Source: Microthyrium microscopicum
Taxonomy: Eukaryota
Assembly (NCBI GenBank): GCA_010405405.1
Contig: MU004231.1
Location: 4,266,884-4,330,883 of the forward strand
DNA: 64,000 nt
Direction: 5' to 3'
Numbering within the stretch: the first letter of the stretch is position 1; each line of letters starts with the position of its first letter. This document shows, one piece after another, positions 12,723 through 25,005 of this stretch. Position numbers and translations under genes: made by a program. The notes under the pieces are model-generated. The model saw only the letters and a program-made list of their open reading frames with translations, was not told the DNA's origin and made no database searches.

Positions 12723-15258
12723 CTATACCGAACCATTTTCTTTTGTCTCATCTTTGTTTTCGAACTGCTGAAACGTTGGACTTTTGTTGATCTCCTCAAA
12801 ATCGTCGTCATTTCCGCTCTTCTTGTCGTTGTCTTTCTCGCCAGACTCTTCGACTGGAGCTGTGGTTTCGGGACCTGATTCCGCTAGGCTCTTTGCCATG
12901 GAAAGTTTGTTCACCTTCGTTTCAAGCATTTCAGCGGCCCATTCGCGGACCTCCTTGACGGCTTTCCACGGATCTTTGCGAGGAATGAGGAAATTTTGGA
13001 CTTCTGCTGGAGAGAAAGTATCCTCCTTGACTTCTTCGACAAATTGCTCGGCCAAGTCACGAAGCTCATCCTTGCTGAAATGAGTATGTTTTTTGGTCAA
13101 CAGCGGCTTCAATAACTCTTTTGTCTCTTGATCGATCGCCCGCTTTCCGCCAAATCCTGTGAGCTTAGAAATAGGATTGCCATTTGGCTCGTTGGCTTTC
13201 GGAATATGCCCGTTGCCATCGACATCACCGTTTGCTTTCTTGGACTCTTTGGCTTCGTTGTCGTACATGCGGACGAATATTTCTCTGATCTGGTGCTTTG
13301 TAGCCAAGGTGAATCGTATCTGCATATCTACTCGACCTGGACGAATCAAAGCATCGTCTAATCTCTCAGGGAAGTTTGTCGTCATTACTAGCACACGACC
13401 TTCATGGCTCCTATTGAACTATTAGTCATCACTCAGCGATGTCTAGAAAGAGAACCTACGCTACGCCATCAATGGCATTGAGCAGTCCTGAGAGCGAGAT
13501 ACCATTAGAAGCTGGAGGCTCTTCAGGTCCGCTTGTCTTTCCCCTTCGTGGACGAATCATTTTATCTGCCGGAGCACCTGGTCTCTTCAGTCCGGCAGAA
13601 TCAATATCTTCGAGCAGGACCTGTGAAAGGAAAGTTAGCCAACAAACTACCTGAAGATTTCCAAGAACTTACGATGCATCTTCGAGGTAGACTGTTAAAC
13701 AGTGCGGTCAAGTCGGTTTCAGTCAAGTTGGGATCCAACAAGCTGATGAGATAGACCTCCAGGCCAAATAATCCAGCCAAAGCAAAGCTGAGACTAGACT
13801 TCCCTGTGCCGGGTGGGCCATGAAATAGGTAGCCTCTACGATATGGTATCCCTCGTCGAGCATACCATCGTCTTGTAGTAGGCAGTAGATACTCGTGTAC
13901 ATCTGCAATGAGCTCTGCTTTTCGGTTATCTGCAAGTACCACTGTCTCTACAGGCCGGCTTGGACGCTCAAGTGCTCGAGCCCAAGCCCCTTGTCGAGCT
14001 CGTTCTCGTTGTGCTGGACGACGGATAACCGTCAACAAGGTTTGATTTTCAGCTGCCCATTCTTTGATCTCGCTAAGAAGATCTTTGATGGGTTGTGTCT
14101 TCCATCCGATTGTCTTGAAGGTGACATGCTCCTCCTCGGTTTGCCTATCCCATGGAGAGCTGCATTAGTTAGTTTGGATGATGACATATGAGAAATAGAC
14201 GTACCGTGCGCCTCGTTCGCGACGACCGCGTTCGAAGACGTAAAGTCGCCAATTGCGGACAAAATAGTAGGTGCCATAGTAAGGCTCGTAGTTCGGTGGT
14301 AATTTTGTCATACGGCCTGTGTGAAAAAGCTCTTGAGTGAAAAGATTCTCGTCCAATTGATCTTCGTCGTCATCACCAAGGGCTTTAGATTTGGCTTTCA
14401 GAGTTCGTGCACTGCAACGTGATTGTCAGTAAAGAGGATAAAACATATGGCTTCATCTGTGTATCTCGTAACCGTCGACAAGAATGAATGGCGCGCTCCA
14501 ATCAGCTCTTTGGCCAATGACCGCTACCTGTTGTTATTCGATACTTTACTTTCCATCGGATACGTAGATGTAGCTGTGAAATATCGAGCACGATGGAAAG
14601 TAGAGTGTATGCTCTATATAAGGAGCGGTGGTAGACATTACACTCGATGAGAGCGTGCCATTCATTTCGTCGACCCGTTGTCTCGTAGTTGAGCATGAAA
14701 GTATGACCTACGTTCTCCCTACTTGTTCTTTGGAGATCCACTTCAGGATATCTTCAAACATGTCATCATATTCCAGAATGTGAATCGATGAGATGCCATA
14801 ATCCTGAACCAATGACCAGAAACGCCGGCCTAGGAATCGGACTGCCGTTGCAAAAGTCACCAGAATGAAGCCAGCAGAGACGAAGATGCCTATATCGAAG
14901 CCAAATGCCTGAAGAATGAATCTTGATATGACACTATATCCTGGAATGAAAGCCTCCAGCATGTTGGGGGCTAGAATTCGTCAGTATAACATTACGATCA
15001 GAATTGTAACGCTTGGAAAAGACCATTTGGCCTTTTTGCGGTGCAATCATAAACCACTTCATGGAAACCATAGCACCCGATCAGTAACGCATGCTATGGC
15101 AGCCATCGAATGTGCCGAAAGTCGCTAGAGTCTGGAGCATTTCAAATGGTAGGCTTACCAAAGTCCAATGGTGCCTGTCCTGCTCCATCATTGCCCAGTG
15201 TTCTAGCAGTATCTAGCAGAGGTGACTGCTGACCCCGAAAACGGAATTTACCACTCAT
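12723..15258 (-). CDS. BCS1-like mitochondrial AAA ATPase
   Basis: N-terminal TM (LEAFIPGYS...GFDIG), BCS1_N region, WYARRGIPYRRGYLFHGPPGTGKSS (Walker A), VLLEDID (Walker B), ISLSGLLNAIDGVA and MTTNFPERLDDALIRPGRVD. Introns are about 14972-15158, 14413-14711, 13622-13671 and 13411-13459. Exon 1 is inferred from splice phase. Confidence 0.88.
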
Positions 15259-17746
15259 GTTGTCCAAACTGGCGAAATGACAGGTCTCGTTTTCTAAGAT
15301 TCTGTGGGTTAGCAAAGCTTTTATACAGATCGTCTCCATTTTGTGAAGGGCGTAAAGTTTGCTTGTAAACCGGGCATTTGCGCCAGCAAAGAGTAAGAGC
15401 AATGCCACGCATTATCAACAAACAGCTCCGAAGCTAAGATTGAGCCGCATCTTTCGTTTGCACTCATGGCGTGGAGGCTGTACTGCGTAAGAAAACTTTG
15501 ATACATACCGTGACAGGGACAGCCTAACAAAAGTTCCCGCGTCAGGCTGAGCAGAGAGACTTGGAAGTGGATTGGTCAATTAACTTTCAGAGCAATGTAG
15601 AGCAAAGCGGAGCCTCAGCCTGATGTGATTTCCGGCCGTTCGGTTGAAGCAAATCTGGGGTTGTCCACCAATGATCCTTGATTGACTCGCAGTGTACCTG
15701 GTTTTTGCAGATGGCCAACAACACAATGATCGCGATAATCCAGCCGGTCAGCTCGGTTATGACCGGGCTCGGATAGAGCAATGTTTTCTTTTCTGGTGAT
15801 GTTGAGGCTCTTCAGAGACGGTAGATGCAAACTTGGCAAAAGGTATGGTACAGCAGAGTCTATCTGGTGAATGGCAAGAACAACCGTTGTCGCAACTGCT
15901 ATCGTTTTGCATCAAGCACAGCACTTGCCACTATCGTTGCCTGCTGCTAGTTGTCCATGTCCTTCGTTATAAGTACACACCTCTTTGTTGCTCTGATATT
16001 TCTGCCTGCTTTCTGGGCGGACTTTTACCAATCAAGCGTTGGTGAAAATCCAATGGTGGCAAATTCCTCGGTGCTCGCTCTTAGCAGTTTCTTTGATCTA
16101 CTAACTGGAAGTAGCTGGGATAACCCGAGGTAGTTGTTGATTTCCAAGACCGGAATTGTGAATGTTTTTGTGACCTGGCTTGCTTTTTAGGTGATTGTTC
16201 AGAAATGATTTCCGTGAAAGTGCCGTCATGTTAAAAATGCCTGTCGTCTACAAAAGCTCAAGCTCATAGCAGAAATCATGTGGTGATTAGATGGGTCAAC
16301 ATGAGTTTGCTGCATGCATGGTTAGCCACGGCTAGTTGCATGAATGACATGGAATAATATTCTTGATGTAACTAATAGGTAGGACGACAAAATAAATGGC
16401 ATGCTGCCATCAAGCATAATGGTGGCCATCTGCTACAAAGTATCATTGAAAACATCACTCTTATTGATTGTAAGAAGCTCCTTTCCGACAGGAAACCGAA
16501 ACTCGCTTTAGGAAAATACGATACTAGAGTAGAAGATGTCTTTATCGATGGGAGCTCCATTTACGTTGTCAAGTGGTTTGTACACAAACCTTGAAACCCT
16601 CATCTGGAAGTCCTAGTTCAAGCAATGAAGTCAGTCATGACTCACCAATCGTCCATAAAAACTCGCTGGCAGCCATTCCTTTTCTTTTGTTCAGTACATT
16701 TCTCCAAAAGGTCAAGTATGAGCTTGGGTAGAATTGATAAGAATGTTGGAAACACTGGAACATTTGAAACTGGCAAAACCGTAACTATACTGTTTATCGA
16801 AGATTGATATTGATCAGAGCGTATTGGGCGACTTGGTATGGCAATGAGTACCTAGCCGGCTAATCCTTCTACTTTGGTGTTCAGGAAATCAGAACTAAGT
16901 GGTATAATATATTGCTGGTGACTGGTGTTCAGGTCTGACTCCTGCGCCTCACAGAGATATCGCAAATAACACAGTAGGTATAGATTTGCGTAGCAACTTT
17001 GACTGGAAATCTGGGCTTTCCTGCCATGGAACTACAAGTGCGGTACGCTGAGATCGGAAGCCCAAAGATCGAGAGTACCAGAATATCGTCAATCCCCCTA
17101 GAAGCCATTGAACCATGGTTGATGGCCGAAGTATCCATGGATACATCAACACTTCGCTATGGAGGAACAGCGACCATATATAAGCCTTAGCAAATTCTCT
17201 TCCTCAATTTTGCGATTCATCACTCGTTGCCAGGCTCTTCCTCTTGCTTCGCGAATTCCTTAAAAATCAACCCGAACTCTTCAGTTTTGAAGCAGCAACA
17301 CTCATCTTGCTTCTAACACCAAGGAAGGTAGACAGTTCTATGCCCTCATAAATGGCAGGCATTATCTGCCTGTGAACCTTCCTTTGTAGTCCTTATGTTG
17401 CGGAAGTCCAAGCAGTGGCCATCCAACAGCTGCAACTATTACCCTTCGTCAGTAAGGTCTTGTTGAGCCAACACTCCTGGAGCTCCGAGTAGGCGAATGC
17501 GCCTTCCGACTGCTCTGGACATCAAAAGCAGTATGGAGAGGAACTGAGTCGAATCATTTCCTTCTGACACTTGGAACTACCACCTTTGTCAGGAACGTCT
17601 CCTACAGCCAGCGCTCCTGCAGTTCGAGTACATGAAAGTGCCTCCTGCCATCTAGACATCAAAAGCAGCCCGATCAACAACAAAACCGAGAACAAACCCT
17701 CAACTGAGAAACATTCCAACACCAAGGTCATCCCCAAACCACAACC

Positions 17747-18697
17747 ATGGCCTCCCCAACCTCTGAACCCACCTACATCCTCCACTACAAAGACCAACTC
17801 CTAACCCCCTACCTCCACAGTGAAATCTTCATGCACCGCCCCTGGCCCCTTCCCGCCACCGCACCACCAACCTTCGACGACAACCTTCCCCCCACAGAAA
17901 CCATCCAGCCCATCGACATTCTCCACTTCGCCAAAACCGTCAGAAAACTCCACCTCATCGGTCACCACTGGCTATTCACCTGCCTCAAACGTACAGACGG
18001 CTGTGGATGTGCGGATACGGATTTCTGCAACTATCGGATTATTCGTAATACGTTTCCGAAACTTACGCATTTGGAGTGGCGGTATGCGCATCCGGAGGAT
18101 GGGTTGCGTAGTATTGGGTTGGTGGTTGTTACTACTGATTTCTCGAATACGCAGCGGCGTGGGATTGAGAAGGTGGCTTGTTGTGTTGACCGCCGGAATG
18201 AGTCGTGGGTGCAGTGTAGGGCGGCTAGGAATAGTAGGTATGAGGACCATCCGCTGGTGAATGGCTCGCTAGGTAAAGCCTATGCGTATTGGACCAACCA
18301 GCGGTACGCAACATTGCTGGATCTGGAAAGAGCGAAGCGCATCAGTGATGGATATACGCATGAGATTTGCGTCGACGCTTGTCCGGGCGGTGATGGCACT
18401 GGATGTGATATGGATACGCCGGTGAGTGCTGAGAGAATTGCGGCGTTTGAGGCAGTGGAGGAGGCGAAGATTCAGGAGGCGCGGGAAAGTGTTGGTTGCG
18501 TGATGAATCAGATGATGCTTAGTGTCATGCCGAATGAGGAGACGCGGAGAGGGTTCGACGAGGAGCTGGTGAGACAGTTTAAGGAGCTGCAGAGGTACTT
18601 GGACCGTAATGGGCAGTGGGGTCTGCGGAGGTATAGGACTCCTTCGGGTCGAGAGGTGCAGGAGATGATCTATCGTGGTTACTATCATTGGCGATGA
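17747..18697 (+). CDS. Hypothetical protein (316 aa, no family recognised)
   Basis: Long ORF with good start context (ACAACCATGG) and the codon pattern of neighbouring genes. Confidence 0.65.
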   Translation: MASPTSEPTYILHYKDQLLTPYLHSEIFMHRPWPLPATAPPTFDDNLPPTETIQPIDILHFAKTVRKLHLIGHHWLFTCLKRTDGCGCADTDFCNYRIIRNTFPKLTHLEWRYAHPEDGLRSIGLVVVTTDFSNTQRRGIEKVACCVDRRNESWVQCRAARNSRYEDHPLVNGSLGKAYAYWTNQRYATLLDLERAKRISDGYTHEICVDACPGGDGTGCDMDTPVSAERIAAFEAVEEAKIQEARESVGCVMNQMMLSVMPNEETRRGFDEELVRQFKELQRYLDRNGQWGLRRYRTPSGREVQEMIYRGYYHWR

Positions 18698-19245
18698 TGG
18701 ATGATTGTTGGGACTTGGTGATACTGGAAGGAGTAGAGTTGTATATCTGTTGGCGTTCAATTGCATAGCAATGATCCAGTACTATAGTAGATACATCAGC
18801 GTTCATGATTTAGAGTATAGCGACTGAATACCATATATATCAAACCATATAAGCTCTCGCCGCGCTGTGTGACCTAGCTGGCATATTTGTCGATGGCGTA
18901 TTTGACACGCTGCTTATAATGTCATGTAGTATATAATGCTTCGTCTATATGAGTCTAAGCAGTCGTTCATTTTTTCATACCTACCCAGAGCTCATGTCTA
19001 ATCATCATTCATACCCCGTACACATCTTCCTGGGAGTGATCGAGACATCCTCCCGGGCCCAAAAAGCCCCGTTAGAGAGGAGCATTTGACTTCTCAATAG
19101 TCGGGAACTGCGCCACAAGTATTGGCGCACCTTATCGGTTCAGAGGCATCGATGGTATATTCCAAGCTGACGGCCATCTTCAACGAGAGGTTGGCATGAC
19201 ACCTTTTCGGGAATTTCTCCAGCGGCGATGGTACTCTTTGATTTC

Positions 19246-20608
19246 CTAACCCTCAGAGTCCGAATCGTCTTCGCCAAATTCCGTAACCTAGCATTATTAG
19301 CATAACCCGCAGCACACGTAAGACCCAGACAACATACCATATCAACTCTCTTCTCACCCTTCTCATCTACCCATCCTTTGCCCACCGTCTCGAATTGATA
19401 CTGCTCAAAAAAGGCCTCCAACGCCTCCGGCGCCGCGACAGCTATCTTTCGATACGCCTTTACGCTCTTGACCATGGATACAAAGCTCTTGATCAGAATG
19501 CCGCCTGCATGACGCGCGCGCATCTGCGGCAGCACGGCAAAGTTGACGATCGCTACTGTCTTGCCCTCTAGCTTATTTCCAAGCGTTGGCTGCGCACGGG
19601 AAGTCGCAACGTTCCAGTCGGAGGGAAGAGTTTCGTCGTCAGAGGTGACAGTGGAGTTGGTAGTGGTCGTGGCGAGCAGATGAGCTAGTAGTACGATGCG
19701 CCGTGGAGAGTTGCCTTCGGCGCTAGGCGCGCTTGCGTAGGTGGGCAAGGAGGTCTCCTCATCGTCTGGATGGACGGTTGTGAAGAGGCCGATGCTAAGA
19801 CCGGACCCTTTGGCTAACCGATAGGCAATCTGGATGGAATTAGCGATTGAAATTAATTAGGCTGACTGGATGGGATAGGAAGGAAATGCACGAGTGTTGC
19901 AAGAGGTATGGCAAGGACATCATTATTCAGTGTCTGGTGGCACAAAATATAATTCCATCATTTCGTTAAACGAGTTGAAAAGAAGCTTGAGGGTTATGGG
20001 TGAAAATTATGCAAAAGATGATTATCATTCGATATCTCTTCAAGCGCGAAGGCAGGGATTATCGACTTGATCATTAAACATACCGCGTTGGCGTCGACTG
20101 TAGTACCAGGAAAGCAAACTTGCTCCAGCATCACACAGCTGTCTAGGTTTTTTGGCGTCAAGGCGCACTTGTAGAGACTCATGGTCGTTTCGCGCTTTGT
20201 TTCGCGAGTTTGTCTTTGAAGCCCACGAGAGCGATTGATAAGACCTAATAAACTTCGACCTGGTGAATCGTCTTCGTCTTCGTCGTCGTCGTCGTCCCCA
20301 AGAAGCTGGCGAAATATTTGCTGAGTGTTTGGATTAAAGGTTGATTCTGATGGTCCGTGCGATTCTATATCATCTTCTTCAGTCTCTGTTGACCAGGCTG
20401 AGTCATCATCTCCTTCTGCTGGTGTTAAAGCTGTGGACGAACCTTCTGCGCCTAGAGAGCCGGGTAGTGGAGCACCAAAACTGTGGCCTGGAGGTGCTGG
20501 TGACATTTTGGCTGGTGTTTCCGTAAGAGGTGGGAACCTGGTCACGTCGTTTGGATTCTCTTCAGGTGGAGAAACCGACGGTGACAGCGAATGGTGTTGC
20601 TCAGCCAT
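19246..20608 (-). CDS. GNAT acetyltransferase, fungal PAA1/AANAT-like, with acidic N-terminal extension (divergent)
   Basis: The spliced product reads LDSCVMLEQVCFP|IAYRL...LSIGLF...LLAHLLAT...G.KLEGKTVAIVNFAVLP...DM|VTEF. Introns are about 19830-20083 and 19289-19337. Confidence 0.75.
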
Positions 20609-22912
20609 TGTGTGGTGCTACTAGTGCAGACGTAAAGCTAACGGGTTTGTCAGTCAGTAATGACATCGACGATGAGTGTAACAGCAATATCCCAAATGCG
20701 CAGCTCTTGAGTATCTAGCCGAGTACGCAGCAGCTTGACTGGCTAGAGGTGAAGAGAGATTGCAAACCAGTCGTAAGAAACGCTCGAGGAAATTCAAAGA
20801 GCTGTACACGCTGATTGGGTAACAGGGTACAGGAATAAATGCAGTGGAATGGTAAGTCTTACAAGGGAGGAGGGAATAAGAGCTAGGACACAGATATCTC
20901 CAATGTTAGTTGAAAACTTAGCACTTGCTAATAGAAAAATCGCATAAAACAACGCTGTGTTTGTTTCGTGTAAGCTCGAAATATTTCAATAAAGAGGAGC
21001 AAATGAGAAGTATGTACGAACGACAAAATAACTGACCTACTCCCATCAAAAGCTCAACCCCCAACAATGCGATCTTCGGCAGGACTTTGAACCTCATCAC
21101 ATGTTAGCCCGGTTCGATTTTGAACAAAATTCCCCGCGTCTACTAGGGACTTGGACGTAAATGGAAGTAACATTTGCGGGAGGTTGAGCATTCAATGAAC
21201 AGCACCATTGGTAGCTATTTTGATCTTCCGTCCCCTGAAAACGCGCAAGTAGGGCCAGATGGGCGGTGAATGGGACAAGCCAAGGGCAGACAGTCACGAG
21301 TATCAAAGGGCGTCAACATACGAGAGAGTACAAAGATGGACGGGAATTGGCTGGATGTAGATGTTGAAAGATGGAGTTGATCTCGTCCACTCAAAGGGTC
21401 ATTGTCAAGTGCCAAGCGGCGGAAAGTGGAGCAAGCAGGAGTAGCCGAACTTGATATCCTGTGAAAGGCAGCCGGAGAATTTTGCTACAGATCCGCACAA
21501 AATAGAAGGAGCACAGTTTCGCCAGGCACCATTCAGGGATTGGTCTCTTGGAGAATTTGCCTATTTTCAATGCGTGACACCAGGCATTTGTGTGACTCTA
21601 GGCCTCGTAAAACTGCTGAATGGCGTCATGATACTGACCACATCAAGCACACCAAGCCGAAAAGGGCGCGGTTATTACCATGGGATGGCGTAGGCGAAAC
21701 TGCGTTACCGATGCACAGTTTTGTGGTTTCCGACTGGTCATACTGAAGCAGCACATGTGTTGGTACGACGAGGGCAAGGCTGATATGCATCACGGTAGGA
21801 CATAAAGCTCAAAGTAGCAATAGCAGGCTGGTAAACCGAACGGGAGTATCCGCGATTTTCCCTGTTTCGGCCCGGCCAACAGCAGCGGGCGGGATTTGTG
21901 TTCAGCCTGATGTTGTAGAGAACAATTAGGGACATATAGTGGAGCTGTCAGTGGTATATACAGCCTGATGCAGGGTGGTCCAGACCCAGGAGCGGCTGTG
22001 AACCCGATGGAAGTCGGAAGAGCAAACATAGGGATCAGGAAGACGTGATGCTTCTAGTATTCACGATATGGATACGTGGCTTTGGGGTCGGATCCAAACG
22101 GAGAGGTGCTGGGATCGCGGTCAGGGAGTTATGCTTTGATACATTAGTAGATGAAGTAGAGAATTCGTAAGGGCGGTTGCCTTGAGATGGACTGGATATT
22201 GGGTTGGTGTTGTGACCCCTCCAAGAGTCCAAAGCTCCTTCTCAAACAATGCGAAATGATGAATTGAAGGAAGCTGCACTCCACCAGCCAGCCAACAGCT
22301 CTTTCCCCAAGTGTTTCAAGCATCAGTTGCTCTTTCCAGCTTGAGAACTCCAGGTCTTCCCATCCTGCAACTCCTCCGCAGTATCCAGATTAGGAAAGGT
22401 CCACACATTCAACGCCTCAACACTCAACACTCAACCATAACCTTGGATCACTCAACATTCATTTGGTCGCTACTTCAACACCTACCACCATTTCCACCAC
22501 TTTAATCTTTTTCTCGACTTCTCATCCTTCGCCGCTCTCCTTCATCTTCCACCTACTTCGCACTATTCACACGCCTTGCCTGTGCATCATTCCACCGCTT
22601 TCTATACCACTCTGCGTCTGCTATCCCTCCCCCCGACATTATCCGCCTCCTACCCTACCTCAGGTCCAGCCTGTCGTCCGTCGTTGCTTGGTCCCCTACA
22701 CTTAAGTCTCTCAAGTCCCACTGCCATCTATCTCGTCGTTCCGCCAAACTCTCAGTGTGCTACCGCTACCTCCCTCGACTTGCCAAAAGCAGTTTTTCCT
22801 GCATAAATCGCACTTCCCGTGAACCCGTCAACCTCCTTCAACATTCCTCCGTAGCCACTCCTCCAATACCTTACCAACGCGGGCCAGCCGTTGCTGCCGA
22901 TTAGTCTGAATA

Positions 22913-24475
22913 ATGTGCGTGTGTCTCGTTCAACGGCCTTGTTGCCTGCTTTGATAAGGCAATACAGCAGCATTGGGTGCCAGTGTTGTTGTGTTACTGG
23001 TTCATGCAATGCTATTGGCACATATATCATGTTTCTGAAATTTGATCGCTAACATGTGTTATGATATCACAGGGCTCGCCTTACAATTACCGTTAACGCT
23101 GAGGGCGAAGAGAATGATCAGGACTTTGTCACCATGGACGTACCACTCAGCCTTACGGTCGCCGAATTCAAGCAGTTGATTGAAGCCGAAACTAAATTTC
23201 CAGCCGCCGTACAACATCTCTTCTACGATGGACAAGCTCTCCGAGATGATTCGGCGACGTTGGAGGCTTTAAGTCTCAAGGATGGAGAGATGTTGGCCAT
23301 GATGGTTAACCGACCAAGTCGACAAGAGCGACAATCTGGTCGAAGTCGCAACCAGCAACAACAACCTGCTGAAAATGACTCGGCTCGCATAGAACAAATT
23401 CGTCAACAGGTTTTGGCCAGCCCAGAACAACTAGGAAGCCTCCTACAATCTAGTCCAGAACTTGCTGCGGTCATCAACGACCCTCAACAGTTTCGACGTG
23501 TGTGGCAGCTAATGATCGATGAGAGAACACGTCGTCAACAAGAGCGAGAACGGGAGATTATGATGCTGAATGAAGATCCATTCAACTTTGAGAATCAAAA
23601 GAAGATTGAAGAAATCATTCGTCGAGAGAAGATAGAAGAAAACCTTCAATACGCTTACGAACACAATCCTGCAGGTATGGGTGTATTCACTTAATTTCAT
23701 TTTCGGAGCTAATCTGTATTTAGTATTCGTACAAGTCACAATGCTTTATGTACCTCTCCTAGTCAATGGACACCCCGTCAAAGCATTTGTTGACTCTGGT
23801 GCTCAGAGCACGATCATGTCCCCTGATTGTGCAGAAGCCTGTGGTATCAGTCACTTGATTGATGATCGCTATAGTGGTATGGCTCATGGAGTTGGTACGG
23901 CCAAAATCATTGGCAAAATCCATCAAGCAAAAATTCAAGTCGGTGATGCGGAACTGGACTGTGCTTTCACAGTCATGGAAGGCAAATCGGTCGATTTACT
24001 GTTTGGACTAGACATGCTCAAACGTCATCAAGCATGTATAGACCTCAATGACAACAAGCTCAAGTTTCGCCATACAGAAGTTCAATTCCTAGGCGAAGGG
24101 GAAATTCCTCGAAAAGACCAAGCAGCTATGCTTGACGAGCCTACCGTTCAAGGACCAAATGGCACAGAAATAGGTGCCAAGACAGGAACTGTTCGACCTG
24201 CCGGTGTTGCTGAAGCTGCTCATAACGATCTTGAGAAAATAAAAAGCTCAAGCAGCCAAAACCCAGCTCCTGCGAAATCTGCAGCCAATCCGTCCTCCAG
24301 CACGGCGCCAGCGGCCTCCGCCCAAACTTCAGCAACCACAGGCTCTACTTCAAGATATCCCGATGCCACAGTTTCACAATTGGAGGCTCTTGGATTCTCG
24401 CGAGAGGAAGCTATCAATGCTCTCGATGCAACCGGCGGCAATGTCGAATATGCTGCTGGACTACTGTTCAGATAA
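22913..24475 (+). CDS. DDI1: DNA damage-inducible protein 1 (UBL - retroviral-type aspartyl protease - UBA)
   Basis: UBL domain, FVQVTMLYV...KAFVDSGAQSTIMS catalytic motif, DLLFGLDMLKRHQACIDL and C-terminal UBA (LEALGFSREEAINALDATGGNVEYAAGLLF). Introns 22915-23072 and 23675-23723. Confidence 0.93.
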
Positions 24476-25005
24476 CCGAACCAGTCATATCATATTAATA
24501 CCCAAGGACGCTTTCCTAGAAGCAACTCAACTATTCACGGCCTCATGCATCAGTCTCATCCTTGCAGCATTTTGGAATTGGGATCTGAATGTTTTATTAT
24601 CAGCATCTGGGTATGTAGAATTGATCTACAACCCACCACAGGTGGCCTTCTGAATCGAGGACTATGTGCTTTTGCATTTGACAGGAGTTTAATGTAACAA
24701 GTAAAGTAAACCAGCGAATCAGATTTCTTTGCCTTATTATTTCATCCTCTATTTGGAGCGACAAAATTATGTATCAATGAACGCGATTACTTCGACGATC
24801 CTAGAGTTAAGTTTGGAACGATCAATTGTCATTTAATCAGTCAGATATCAAGCAGCTGCTAACCCGAAAGAGGAGACTGATCGAGCAAGATCTTCCATTG
24901 CGTCCAAATGATTGTAAGTTTCCTCATTTCAACTTTCAGTCTGATCCACTACATACGCTGACCAAAGCTCCTCAACTTCCTCCAGTCCAACCCATACAAA
25001 ACAAC

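Noticed and set aside
15550..17520. Short ORFs between the BCS1-like gene and ORF 17747
   Set aside because: I found no recognisable motifs or coherent splice model; a decayed gene cannot be excluded.
20700..22900. Short ORFs and a pyrimidine-rich tract between the GNAT and DDI1 genes
   Set aside because: Consistent with promoter or 5' UTR sequence; no supportable coding model.
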